Below are positions 63,844 through 64,000 of a stretch of DNA of 64,000 bases, piece after piece (within the stretch, counting starts at the first letter, position 1; the number at the start of each line of letters is the position of its first letter). Both the position numbers and the translations under genes were made by a program. Under the pieces are notes generated by a model, which saw only the letters and a list, made by a program, of their open reading frames with translations, was not told the DNA's origin and did no database searches. The stretch comes from Octopus sinensis (taxonomy: Eukaryota). The stretch spans positions 48,422,001 to 48,486,000 of the forward strand of contig NC_043008.1 in assembly GCF_006345805.1 (NCBI RefSeq), written 5' to 3'.

Positions 63844-64000
63844 CTTGAAAGGTTTAGTTCACTGGTGATGTAAACGAATAGGTACACTGAGTAAATTCTA
63901 TAATTGGTCGTCCATTAGGTTCCAAGTTCACAGCTGAGGCTGTTGCTAAGGATCCATATTAGGCTTCCGTGTTAGCAGGTATATATTACATTAGAGGAAA

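Overview
AT-rich, CpG-depleted, microsatellite-dense animal DNA. The SINE and MITE families match ones I recall from Octopus (coleoid cephalopod) genomes; this taxon call is recognition, not a database result. I cannot support any host protein-coding exon, rRNA, true tRNA or CRISPR array. The ORF-track entries are either transposon relics or microsatellite/low-complexity artefacts. The window is intergenic or one large intron packed with transposable elements. (1) Three different IS630/Tc1/mariner relics, typed by counting catalytic spacing: a full-length Hsmar1-like DD34D mariner (22949-24252) inserted into an RTE LINE, a full-length DD37E (TRT-type) Tc1 with IR/DR ends (35586-37176), and an internally deleted DD37D (maT) element (57472-58327). 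(2) Mariner-, hAT- and piggyBac-type MITEs and a non-autonomous Helitron (61052-61483). (3) RTE and Penelope fragments and about 40 SINE-like copies from several families, labelled A-E here as working names. The features least explained by these annotations are an ~815-bp near-continuous SINE/(TA)n/SINE palindrome, a CpG-retaining island with mirror-image CCAAT/CRE/forkhead motif cassettes (50.8-51.6 kb), and a promoter-like block at 29.2-29.6 kb. I found no convincing evidence of a wholly new biological system. Repeat boundaries were placed by eye and are approximate unless TIRs/TSDs are quoted.
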